A stretch of 40,000 nucleotides of DNA. It comes from Azobacteroides phage ProJPt-Bp1. Shown here in pieces: positions 1 through 8,084 of the stretch (position 1 is the stretch's first letter; every line of letters starts with the position of its first letter). A model generated the notes under the pieces. The model saw only the letters and a list, made by a program, of their open reading frames with translations, had not been told where the DNA came from and searched no databases. A program made the position numbers and the translations under genes. The stretch lies in sequence record AP017903.1. The stretch is one strand, 5' to 3'.

Positions 1-444
1 CTACTGCTCCACGGACTCGTCTTTTGTCTGTGCCTGAGTTAATTCTGTTTTTCGCCAATGTGCAGTCTCCTCATAGATATGATTGATTATTTCCTTGAAG
101 TTCATGTGTTGCATCTTGAATATCTCAATGTACAAATCAAACACATCTCCTCCTTTCTTACTCACACTGTCAGCCCATCGTAATGCTGTATATTTATCCT
201 GTCCATGAAAACTAATTGTTTTATATAGATTGAATGTCAGCATATTATCGCTACGCAATGGCGATGGCAATGGTCTGTTGATATATTTATCTGCTTGCCA
301 CTCTCTCGCAGCTAGCCGCCTATTGTATACCTTACTCAATAGCAAACGAATAATCTTCTCTTCGTGTTCAATTATCCACATTCTCTTGATATTCGTTGCT
401 GTCATTACTGGCCCCTTATGTGGTCTGCCTGGTGCTCTTCCCAT
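1..444 (-). CDS. Putative DNA primase-like protein, N-terminal part (CHC2/Toprim-primase N-terminus-like); truncated at window edge
   Basis: ORF runs off the window. Pattern PLPSPLRSDNMLTFNLYK...KKGGDVFDLYIEIFKMQHMNFKEIINHIY resembles the SPFRxDxxPSFxxY...GDvxxLvxxxxxxxFxEAlxxI layout of primase N-termini, but canonical zinc ligands are not evident. Confidence 0.42.
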   Translation of the reverse strand: MGRAPGRPHKGPVMTATNIKRMWIIEHEEKIIRLLLSKVYNRRLAAREWQADKYINRPLPSPLRSDNMLTFNLYKTISFHGQDKYTALRWADSVSKKGGDVFDLYIEIFKMQHMNFKEIINHIYEETAHWRKTELTQAQTKDESVEQ

Positions 445-1040
445 TAGAATGGTAAATCATCTGACTCGGTGAACTCACCTTCAGTCTTAATCTGTTTAGC
501 ATATTCAACTACATCAGTATCAAACACTCTAATCAATGGAGCATCAACCATCTTCTCTAGGTTATTCTCCAATGATGATTCTCTAAGCACGACAAACTGG
601 TCACCTGTTTTAGCATTTGTATTAACAACAAACACACCTCTAAGCTTAATCTTACATTTATAATCATCTGACTCTTTGATGTATTCACATACCTTGCTAG
701 CATAATCAGCAAATGTGTCTGCATCAATAGTCTTTGGTGATTTATAGAATATATTCAATAGCTCACTTATACGTGTATTGATATTATTACGTCTTTGCTC
801 CATGTACTTGCTCAACCCATTCTTCTGTCTTTCTCTAAATCCTGCTGGTTCTCTTGGTTCAAAGATGCATGATTTATTGTATGGCCCTTTCTCTCCTGCA
901 GCAAATGTTAGTTTAATATAGCCTGAACCATTAGCTGCTGTGCAGTATTCTATATTATCTAACCATATGTTCTCTCTTAGTCCAGGTGGAAATGATTTCC
1001 TACCTTGGTCACCAAGAACTTGACTATTCCATATACCCAT
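444..1040 (-). CDS. Candidate single-stranded DNA-binding protein (SSB-like acidic C-terminal tip)
   Basis: 198 aa ORF ending in ...TEGEFTESDDLPF, matching the acidic-then-PF C-terminal tip of bacterial/phage SSBs. Adjacent to a RecA-like ATPase and a primase-like ORF, with start/stop overlaps. Confidence 0.5.
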   Translation of the reverse strand: MGIWNSQVLGDQGRKSFPPGLRENIWLDNIEYCTAANGSGYIKLTFAAGEKGPYNKSCIFEPREPAGFRERQKNGLSKYMEQRRNNINTRISELLNIFYKSPKTIDADTFADYASKVCEYIKESDDYKCKIKLRGVFVVNTNAKTGDQFVVLRESSLENNLEKMVDAPLIRVFDTDVVEYAKQIKTEGEFTESDDLPF

Positions 1041-1048
1041 GATAATTA

Positions 1049-1774
1049 TTATTTATTGTTAAACACTTTGTCCCAATGTGACACTATCTCACCACTCTCT
1101 TTCATCTCTGTTATTATCATTATCTCATTGCGTAAATGCGGCTCTCTCGTGCCACACAACACATTCTTTTTACCTCTGAAGTCTAATGTACATGTATTGT
1201 CTTCTGGATTACGCTCCATGAATGCTACAGTGTCTGCATTAGCTGTTAGCCATGTTCTTAGCATATTACCAGGCACATCTATTGTCCATGTATCTTCTAC
1301 ACCTTCCTTGCCTAGTTCACGCTTACCATGAGCAACAACAATGACTGTTTGTACTGTCCTCATCCATGCTTCTATAATCTTCTCAATTGCATTCTTAAGC
1401 CACATGTACCCACCACCATATGGTAATCCCATGAGATTATTACCATTCCATCTCTTGCCATCTTCAGTCTCTTTATACATTGATTCTGCTAATGGCATTG
1501 CTAGCTTGACTAACCATGTAGTATTATCAATGACTACTCTCTTTGGTTTGTCTTGCATATCTTCAACACTCTTTCTTATCTCAGCAAGCTCTTTGATATT
1601 GCTTGCTTCCATAATCCAACCAGACATGAAATCATATTCTCTGTTCAAATCAATGATTAATGTGTCTGGCATTAATGAGCATGCTGTGCTCTTGCCTTGC
1701 TTATAATTACCATAGATAATCATTAGCTTTGGTGCTTTATTCTTCACACCTCTGATAACCCTTTTTATTTCCAT
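1049..1774 (-). CDS. P-loop ATPase, Sak4-like/AAA_24 phage nucleotide-binding recombinase
   Basis: Walker A-like GNYKQGKST near the N-terminus, Walker B-like RVVIDN, then TVIVVAHGKRE; ~240 aa size typical of Sak4/AAA_24 proteins. Confidence 0.7.
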   Translation of the reverse strand: MEIKRVIRGVKNKAPKLMIIYGNYKQGKSTACSLMPDTLIIDLNREYDFMSGWIMEASNIKELAEIRKSVEDMQDKPKRVVIDNTTWLVKLAMPLAESMYKETEDGKRWNGNNLMGLPYGGGYMWLKNAIEKIIEAWMRTVQTVIVVAHGKRELGKEGVEDTWTIDVPGNMLRTWLTANADTVAFMERNPEDNTCTLDFRGKKNVLCGTREPHLRNEIMIITEMKESGEIVSHWDKVFNNK

Positions 1775-1776
1775 AA

Positions 1777-2043
1777 TTACTTCTTTTCAAACATTCCTAT
1801 TTTCTTATCACCTCTTGTTAACTCTTCCTTATCATCATCACCATAAATGACCTTCTCAAGCTTGTCTATTGACCCAGCTATTGCTCCTGCTTTCTCTAAC
1901 ACTTTGGTCAAATACTCAATTATCTTTAGCTTATCCTCTTCTAACTCATCAGGCTCAGCTATTAATCGTGCTACATACTTGGTCGCTTTCTTTATACTAT
2001 CATGAAACTCTAAGAGCTCACTTCGTCTTTTACTATCCCCCAT
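1777..2043 (-). CDS. Hypothetical protein
   Basis: 88 aa ORF in the leftward operon; GGAGG Shine-Dalgarno-like sequence just upstream of the start. Confidence 0.6.
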   Translation of the reverse strand: MGDSKRRSELLEFHDSIKKATKYVARLIAEPDELEEDKLKIIEYLTKVLEKAGAIAGSIDKLEKVIYGDDDKEELTRGDKKIGMFEKK

Positions 2044-2375
2044 ATGCCTCCATTTGTTACTATAACTAACTCATCATTAAACCAATATCTCTTGCTCATA
2101 TTTAATCTGTACACAACTCTCATACCAATTGAGTATGGACAATCATCCTGCCTTTGTGCAAACAATGGTACAGCATAGATTGTGCCTAATTGATATTCAT
2201 ATGGATGCTTGCCATCAGTTTCACTGATATCACTGCCTGGCAATTGCTTGCCATCATGCAGAATGATAGTATGACCACTACGCTTCCATTCTAAGAACTT
2301 CGCATCCACCTCAATAAGCTCTTGGTCTGGACGTATTAAGTAGTCAACCATTGGATTACATTCAATTCGTTTCAT
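2010..2375 (-). CDS. Hypothetical protein
   Basis: 121 aa ORF; overlaps the downstream ORF by 34 nt in an otherwise compact leftward operon. Confidence 0.6.
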   Translation of the reverse strand: MKRIECNPMVDYLIRPDQELIEVDAKFLEWKRSGHTIILHDGKQLPGSDISETDGKHPYEYQLGTIYAVPLFAQRQDDCPYSIGMRVVYRLNMSKRYWFNDELVIVTNGGIWGIVKDEVSS

Positions 2376-2398
2376 GAATTAAAGTTAATGAAATATTT

Positions 2399-2947
2399 CT
2401 ACTTAAATAAATCGTAGTCATACCATCTTTCATAACTAACAAAACATTCTGGCTCATCTATCGGACAAATCATGTATCCACTCACATCAATCATCATCCT
2501 CCTCCTAACCTCATTCGTTGCCTCATGAACAACTGCATATTTATCTAATTCATTCCTGTCTAACATTTTGACTAATGATGGCCCAACAAGTGTGTACAAT
2601 AGGTTATAATACAACTGATTATCATGTTGTATGATATCCTTGACTGCTTTTTCTTTATTTATCAGCTTGTTGTGACATAAATATGCAGAAATGATTGAGT
2701 GCTGATAAAGACATGGAATATCATCATCAATAATGAACCAGGTTTTGCTCTTTGCTCTGGCTATCTCTCTTGCATTATCAATCCACCAATCAATAAATCC
2801 ATATGTTTGTATTGATTTCCACACCTCATTCTCTGCGTATGTACAAGACCAAATAAGTGCATCGATATTGTCTTTTGTTATTCTCCTAACCCTAATCAAT
2901 CTGTTCTCTCTTGGTATTCTTGGTAATATATCAATCTTCAATGGCAT
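2399..2947 (-). CDS. Hypothetical protein
   Basis: ORF 2399..3034 in track; the internal Met at ~2947 (MPLKIDILPRIPRENRL...) gives the usual short overlap with the upstream gene, so the longer start is unlikely. Confidence 0.6.
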   Translation of the reverse strand: MPLKIDILPRIPRENRLIRVRRITKDNIDALIWSCTYAENEVWKSIQTYGFIDWWIDNAREIARAKSKTWFIIDDDIPCLYQHSIISAYLCHNKLINKEKAVKDIIQHDNQLYYNLLYTLVGPSLVKMLDRNELDKYAVVHEATNEVRRRMMIDVSGYMICPIDEPECFVSYERWYDYDLFK

Positions 2948-3218
2948 TGCCTGACTTGCCATCATAATGCAAATAGTCTTTGAACATCTGTTCAATGTCT
3001 TTGTCATCATTGACATTGTTGTCAAATACATCACTCAAGAATATGTGCATGAACTGATTGATTGTTTGTAACGCTTCATGCTTCTTTGACCCAAGACAAA
3101 CACATGACTCTAACCATTTGATTGATTTATCAAACTCAATGGCTGATTCAATCAATCCATCTGTCCCACCAACAGCATTTAAATCTTGCTCTTCAAGAGC
3201 TAATCTGTCTATTTTCAT
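2931..3218 (-). CDS. Hypothetical protein
   Basis: 95 aa ORF overlapping its neighbours by a few nt, as in co-translated phage operons. Confidence 0.6.
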   Translation of the reverse strand: MKIDRLALEEQDLNAVGGTDGLIESAIEFDKSIKWLESCVCLGSKKHEALQTINQFMHIFLSDVFDNNVNDDKDIEQMFKDYLHYDGKSGNAIED

Positions 3219-3418
3219 AATTTATTTTTGTGTTGATTAATAACTAATTCAATCTTCATCACATCATGCTCAATGATATTAAGCACAAATGCATAATCTT
3301 TGTCTAACAGTAAAACTTTTCTTAACTTGCACACATTTTCAGCACAAATATTTAATCTGTCTCTGATACTCATGGCTAAATCAATCAAATCATTACTCAA
3401 ATCTATATTGTCTTTCAT
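3215..3418 (-). CDS. Hypothetical small protein
   Basis: 67 aa ORF; stop overlaps the next start (ATGA-type). Confidence 0.5.
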   Translation of the reverse strand: MKDNIDLSNDLIDLAMSIRDRLNICAENVCKLRKVLLLDKDYAFVLNIIEHDVMKIELVINQHKNKL

Positions 3419-3493
3419 TTGCTATGCTCTTGCTTATGTTATTCTATTTTGCTCAGCAATATTCTGGGTTATTGCTAAGCTGTTCTATCGCTG

Positions 3494-3598
3494 CTATCGT
3501 TCTTTACGCTTCTGATACTTGATAAAATTGATTACAAACACAACGCCTGCAACAATTGCAACTGCAATGATTACTCCTTCATTAATTTCTATTTTCAT
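3494..3598 (-). CDS. Small predicted single-pass membrane protein (34 aa)
   Basis: Read manually: MKIEINEGVIIAVAIVAGVVFVINFIKYQKRKER, a hydrophobic helix followed by a basic tail; below the ORF-track cutoff. Confidence 0.45.
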   Translation of the reverse strand: MKIEINEGVIIAVAIVAGVVFVINFIKYQKRKER

Positions 3599-3618
3599 CT
3601 TATTTACCATTTAAATTG

Positions 3619-3741
3619 TTAAACATATTTGTTACCTAATTTATCTAATGTGTTCCTGGCATGCTCAAGGTTTTGCATTGCTCTTGCAATGTTTGCTTGC
3701 GCTCTGTTGAGCATTTCAATTAGTTCTTGATCTGATTTCAT
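3619..3741 (-). CDS. Small helical protein (40 aa)
   Basis: Read manually: MKSDQELIEMLNRAQANIARAMQNLEHARNTLDKLGNKYV; preceded by AAGGGG Shine-Dalgarno-like sequence; below track cutoff. Confidence 0.45.
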   Translation of the reverse strand: MKSDQELIEMLNRAQANIARAMQNLEHARNTLDKLGNKYV

Positions 3742-4167
3742 AGCTTTCCCCTTTCATCAAATTTTATAGAATTGTATTATAATTGCCCTTCCAATACTCT
3801 TGGCGCAAACATTGATGGAGTTGATTATCAACGAGTTACGCACGCATTTGAGAGAATTTTGCACTCTTTTAATCGATTTTTTTCATATCGTTTTAAAAAG
3901 TGTGCTTTTGGAATGAGTCATTTGGCAAGAGGAGCTCGCATTGGTTTTGAGGCTGAGAAAATAAAGCATTCTTTTTTTATTTTTAATGACGGGGGTATTT
4001 CCCTTTTCAAGAGCGTTGGAAAAATTTTGTATAGTACATTCACCCTCTCGCATCAATGTCCACCACCCCCGTCCAGACACAAAGAAGGCCCGACGGTTAA
4101 GCCGAGCCCACTTTGCTACTAGCCCTAGTTGCTGTACTAAGGTTCTACTAATGTAATACAAATTATG

Positions 4168-4238
4168 TTGTCCCACAAGGATTTGAACCTCGACTAGCTG
4201 AGTCAGAGTCAGATGTGCTACCGTTACACCATGGGACA
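4168..4238 (-). tRNA. tRNA-Gln (anticodon CUG)
   Basis: Reverse complement TGTCCCA-TG-GTGTAACGGTAGCAC-A-TCTGA-CTCTGAC-TCAGC-TAGT-CGAGG-TTCAAAT-CCTTG-TGGGACA: 7-bp acceptor, D arm, anticodon loop CTCTGAC, T arm with TTCAAAT. One apparent mismatch at the outer anticodon-stem pair. Confidence 0.9.
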
Positions 4239-4248
4239 AAGTAAAGGC

Positions 4249-4273
4249 CAAGCTCATTAGGCCTGGCCTTGGA
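4249..4273. terminator. Stem-loop, possible terminator/processing hairpin beside the tRNA
   Basis: Approximate coordinates; AAGGCCA...TGGCCTT 7-bp inverted repeat (aaggccaagctcattaggcctggcctt). No clear U-tract. Confidence 0.3.
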
Positions 4274-4297
4274 TACTTTGAATTGTTCATATACAAT

Positions 4298-4319
4298 GAT
4301 AACTGTTAGCAGTGTTATC
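4298..4319. promoter_or_regulatory. Inverted repeat, possible operator
   Basis: GATAAC-tgttagcagt-GTTATC, 6-bp perfect arms in non-coding DNA between divergent transcription units. Confidence 0.3.
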
Positions 4320-4330
4320 GGTAGTATGTT

Positions 4331-4365
4331 AACCTGGCCTGCTCTGGTTAAGCAGCTACCAGGTT
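4331..4365. promoter_or_regulatory. Strong hairpin in non-coding region
   Basis: AACCTGG-c-CTGC-tctggttaa-GCAG-cta-CCAGGTT: 7-bp outer plus 4-bp inner stem. Confidence 0.4.
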
Positions 4366-4727
4366 TACTTATTTGTACATGTGGTATAAAGGTAGAATGT
4401 TTTTGCTTAATATCAAATTATATATACTTATTTTTTCTTATGAAAAGATTAGTATATAGTACCCCTAAATACAATGTTTTATTGTGGCTTCTACGGTTAT
4501 GTAGCCTTAACACCGGAATGATGATATTAAAATATCGGTTGGGGTTAAATGCCAAATGACAAACAGCCGGGGATCGGATGATAGATATCGTTGATTAATT
4601 CCGGGGTTCAGAACCAAATACAATTAGAAGGTACAACTTTTTTCTGAGATTTTCAAGAGGGGTAATTTTATTTTCTTCTCTATCAATAGAATACAAACAA
4701 AATTATTTATATGTGTATTATTTACTT

Positions 4728-4756
4728 GACAATTAAATATTATTAACATATCTTTG
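4728..4756 (+). promoter_or_regulatory. Bacteroidota-type promoter (TTG ... TAnnTTTG)
   Basis: TTG at 4728-4730 and TATCTTTG at 4749-4756 match the Bacteroidota -33/-7 consensus with a near-consensus spacer, directly upstream of the first rightward ORF. Confidence 0.55.
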
Positions 4757-4760
4757 TGTT

Positions 4761-5048
4761 ATGAAATTATTAGCAACAGAAGCACAGGCCATGAAGGTCT
4801 TAAGTAAGCCGATAAAGCTTTTTGAAGATGGGAAGATTCCTATCATAGCTTGTGAACATCCTTCGCATGCTTATGAGAGAATACAGGAAGGGCGTATATA
4901 TACAATGCATGCTTTTCACATTAAGTATAATACCTTGTTTCAGGCGTTGACGAGGTACAGGCTGAAGGATAAATCGCCTACACGCGTAATAATGCATACA
5001 GGTTTTATAGATGGAGAATATGTTTTATGGAGAGTAAAAAAGGTTTAA
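4761..5048 (+). CDS. Hypothetical protein, first rightward gene
   Basis: 95 aa ORF directly after the promoter match; the true start may be the internal Met at 4791. Confidence 0.6.
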   Translation: MKLLATEAQAMKVLSKPIKLFEDGKIPIIACEHPSHAYERIQEGRIYTMHAFHIKYNTLFQALTRYRLKDKSPTRVIMHTGFIDGEYVLWRVKKV

Positions 5049-5051
5049 TTT

Positions 5052-5672
5052 ATGGAAAGTATTTTTAGTCAATTAGAGATCACTGGTGTAGACATCGCAG
5101 GTGTTGAAGGACTAGCGGAATTCCTGAAGGAAAGGATGAATGCCAGCCGTCCAGTGATAACAGAAGCAATGATGCCAGCAATCTTATCTAAGAACAATCC
5201 AAAGGCTTATGCAATGGCTATTCTTAGGAAGGAGATGGAGAGGAATTACAAGGTACACTATACAATTAAGGTGCCGGATAAGAGAGCCAAGCTTCCGCAT
5301 CATTCACACCGCTCATCAGTGAGCCTGGTACTCAGCAGGGTGATATTTTTTCTTAAGGAAGTGCTTAACTTTGATAAGAATGACCCACGTTGGGGAACGG
5401 TAGTGTACACAGTGGTGAAGAATGGTGGGACGAACTACCTGGATCAGTTGGTTAATGAGTGTGGTTATGACCATGATAAGGACCAAGGGGACCATGTAAG
5501 GACTGAGGAGGTGATAATGAAGGTGAAGAACAGGTTACTAAGGGAGATGAACATGCCGGAAGAGTGGACGTATGATAAGGTTGTGACTGTGGATAAGGAT
5601 GATAATGTTATGGATGATTTAGTTAAGGAAGTAGAAAAGGAGATTGAGAAGATAAATAATGAGAAAGTATGA
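5052..5672 (+). CDS. Hypothetical protein
   Basis: 206 aa ORF with acidic/helical C-terminus, collinear with the rightward operon. Confidence 0.7.
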   Translation: MESIFSQLEITGVDIAGVEGLAEFLKERMNASRPVITEAMMPAILSKNNPKAYAMAILRKEMERNYKVHYTIKVPDKRAKLPHHSHRSSVSLVLSRVIFFLKEVLNFDKNDPRWGTVVYTVVKNGGTNYLDQLVNECGYDHDKDQGDHVRTEEVIMKVKNRLLREMNMPEEWTYDKVVTVDKDDNVMDDLVKEVEKEIEKINNEKV

Positions 5673-5821
5673 TTATGATGATGGATACAATGGATTTCTT
5701 GCAAGACTTGGCTACTTTATATATCTCCATCGGTGGGACGATATGGATAATATCAACGATAAGGGCGAAGATAAGGGACAATCGTGACAGAAATAAATGG
5801 GTAAATAAGAATAAACATTAA
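5669..5821 (+). CDS. Small predicted membrane protein (50 aa)
   Basis: Read manually: MIMMMDTMDFLQDLATLYISIGGTIWIISTIRARIRDNRDRNKWVNKNKH; ATG overlaps the preceding stop (ATGA), single hydrophobic helix and basic tail. Confidence 0.45.
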   Translation: MIMMMDTMDFLQDLATLYISIGGTIWIISTIRAKIRDNRDRNKWVNKNKH

Positions 5822-5837
5822 AAAAAGGGAAAAAACT

Positions 5838-6296
5838 ATGAAAAAGATCATTTTAGCAGCACTTTTAGGGGTAACATTAGGCTGTTCAGACATGACAATG
5901 CCGTCATTGGCGTCTAAAGGGGCAAAAACGCACTCTTACACAGATAAGTTCGTTCCAGGAATGTGGTTTGTGTACCGTTTATACATCAATGGCACCGAAT
6001 TTGGCCCTGTATGGTCACAATACGTGCCTGAAGACACGAATAAACAACAGTATATAACCAAGTATTACGAAGAACACCCAACAAGAACGTTCAGATTGAT
6101 CGATCCACAGCTATTAGGTGGTAGAGATTACAAGAGAGACTTAGATTTTTACATAAAAGACAGGAATGTGGATATCAAGTGGGATAATAAGTGTGGTGCA
6201 TGGGTGGTAGCTAACACAAGGGACGCTTTTGAGCTTGCTCAACCACGTGATTACAGTTTTGCTTGTCAAGGTAGGGAAGATGTGCCTCCTATGTAG
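5838..6296 (+). CDS. Predicted lipoprotein
   Basis: N-terminus MKKIILAALLGVTLGCSDM, a signal peptide with lipobox-like TLGC. Confidence 0.65.
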   Translation: MKKIILAALLGVTLGCSDMTMPSLASKGAKTHSYTDKFVPGMWFVYRLYINGTEFGPVWSQYVPEDTNKQQYITKYYEEHPTRTFRLIDPQLLGGRDYKRDLDFYIKDRNVDIKWDNKCGAWVVANTRDAFELAQPRDYSFACQGREDVPPM

Positions 6297-6307
6297 TAGA
6301 TTTGTAT

Positions 6308-6658
6308 ATGGGAAGAAGAAAGAAGACTACCTTAAACAACTATATTAAGCAAGATCCCGTCGAGGCTGCGGTGTACAGGACAACGACAGACTTTCGTGCA
6401 GCGAACAATACCCGGTTATTGGATATGTACACCGAGTTTAAGGCGAGGATAATAGATGAGTATAGGACTAGGGGTGAGAGACTGACTGAGGAGATGGTAC
6501 AGACGGAGTTTATAGTGTTAGTGATGACATCGTTAGGGTGTATAAACAAGCGTATATTCTCGCGTGCGGCAGCCCACTACTCAAGAATGTTTTATGATAG
6601 CGAACAATTGATTAAATTAACACATGATATAATGAAATTAAAAAACGTATACGTATGA
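6308..6658 (+). CDS. Hypothetical protein
   Basis: Track ORF starts at TTG 6302; ATG at 6308 (MGRRKKTTLNNY...) is the more likely start. Stop overlaps the next ATG. Confidence 0.65.
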   Translation: MGRRKKTTLNNYIKQDPVEAAVYRTTTDFRAANNTRLLDMYTEFKARIIDEYRTRGERLTEEMVQTEFIVLVMTSLGCINKRIFSRAAAHYSRMFYDSEQLIKLTHDIMKLKNVYV

Positions 6659-6870
6659 AGAACATGATAATATTAACATTGCTAATCGCTTTCGCTGCTT
6701 CTTGCGATAAGAAGAAGACCGATAAGGAAGCAATAGACGAAGCTAAGCAGATGACTGCTGACATGGAGAAGGATGAACAGACGAGGGAAAAGGTGATGTT
6801 GGAAAAAGCAGGACTTAATGTAAGGAATGATTCAGTAAGGTGGTTAAGTGATTCAACAATAAGAATATGA
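6655..6870 (+). CDS. Predicted small lipoprotein
   Basis: MKNMIILTLLIAFAASCDKKKTD, lipobox AASC; ATGA overlaps at both ends. Confidence 0.65.
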   Translation: MKNMIILTLLIAFAASCDKKKTDKEAIDEAKQMTADMEKDEQTREKVMLEKAGLNVRNDSVRWLSDSTIRI

Positions 6871-7556
6871 AGAAATTATTATTACTAGCATTGCTAGTTG
6901 CAGGGTGTACACCAAAGATACCTGATGATGGGTATTGCCCTGGGTGTCATGGACATGAACCAGATAAGTGTGAACAGAACCAGTGGAGGGATAAGATACT
7001 TAGACGTGGGGATGATAGACCTGGCGACCATTTCAATGGTTACAGCATGAAGAATAAGGAATACGTCTTTGGGTGTATATGGGATGATAATGACTACTAT
7101 AGACTAGTGTTCCTTGAACCAGGTAAAGGTAGACCAGTGATGACTCACTATGCTTATTCAGTATTGCCGGCAGGGGAAAAGAATACCTCATATATGATCA
7201 TCTTCAGCTTAAAAGCTAAACAGAGATTAGTGCAGGAGATCAATCGTTTATACTTACGTATGAACACGTGTTATGAACAGTACCTGGAGCAGAACATCAA
7301 GCGCCAACCAATGTGCTTTATTAAGTTTCATAACCAGGACTTTGGTAGGGTATGCGGTGCTATACAGCCATGGTTTGTAGGGATAGTGAATGAGATGCCT
7401 TATTATATATACTTACACGATCCGTTCTTTCTTAAACTAAAGAAGGATGAGGTAGCACAGTATGAGAGGGAACATCCAGAGGTGATACATATGCATGAGG
7501 ATCAGGTGAAGATTAGTCATAGATTATATAAATATGTAAAAAAGAATAAGAAATAA
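6867..7556 (+). CDS. Predicted lipoprotein with CPGCH motif
   Basis: MKKLLLLALLVAGCTPKI (lipobox VAGC) followed by DDGYCPGCHGHEPDKCE. Confidence 0.65.
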   Translation: MKKLLLLALLVAGCTPKIPDDGYCPGCHGHEPDKCEQNQWRDKILRRGDDRPGDHFNGYSMKNKEYVFGCIWDDNDYYRLVFLEPGKGRPVMTHYAYSVLPAGEKNTSYMIIFSLKAKQRLVQEINRLYLRMNTCYEQYLEQNIKRQPMCFIKFHNQDFGRVCGAIQPWFVGIVNEMPYYIYLHDPFFLKLKKDEVAQYEREHPEVIHMHEDQVKISHRLYKYVKKNKK

Positions 7557-7558
7557 TA

Positions 7559-8083
7559 ATGAAAAAATTAATACTTGTATTATTGTTATTAACTGGTTGT
7601 ACAGCAGCGGAGATGCCATTGTCAAATAGTGGCGTTGAGGAATATACAATAAGGACTCATGGTGATATGAATGGCTATGCTGCGAATGATAAGGAGATCA
7701 TGGAAGGCAGGACACATGGTGCTAACTATAAGAGGATACTAGTAACTAATGGTCAGGAGGAGTTCATGACTAGGTATGCATATGATATAGACAAGCAGAT
7801 AGATAAAGAAAACAATCGCTTTAAAGTGCATATATGGGCTGGGTGGAACTCTCGTGAGTTCTATGATTGTTTACATGCGTTAAAGGATGATAAGAATTAT
7901 GCTAAGGTAGGTGTGTATAATGATGTATTCATTTCAAGAAATGAGGATGATAACTGGGATAAGTATGCGTTGCATTGTGAACATATATATCTTAAGACAG
8001 ATGCTGTTAAGTTGTTTAACAAAGTCGAAGCAGATGAGTATTTGAAAGAACACCCAGAAACGAATGTGTTTAAACGTTGTTAA
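7559..8083 (+). CDS. Predicted lipoprotein
   Basis: MKKLILVLLLLTGCTAAEM, lipobox LTGC; C-terminal NKVEADEYLKEHPE weakly resembles KKDEVAQYEREHPE of the previous ORF. Confidence 0.65.
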   Translation: MKKLILVLLLLTGCTAAEMPLSNSGVEEYTIRTHGDMNGYAANDKEIMEGRTHGANYKRILVTNGQEEFMTRYAYDIDKQIDKENNRFKVHIWAGWNSREFYDCLHALKDDKNYAKVGVYNDVFISRNEDDNWDKYALHCEHIYLKTDAVKLFNKVEADEYLKEHPETNVFKRC

Positions 8084-8084
8084 T

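Noticed and set aside
3770-3800. Sigma70-like TATAAT for the leftward operon
   Set aside because: TATAAT is present on the minus strand but no convincing -35 at proper spacing, and the likely host uses a different consensus.
3772-4122. 116-aa plus-strand ORF
   Set aside because: Overlaps structured non-coding DNA, opposite to a competing spurious ORF; no start context or recognisable features. Kept only as a weak possibility.
3883-4296. 137-aa minus-strand ORF
   Set aside because: Runs through the tRNA-Gln gene and lacks plausible protein character.
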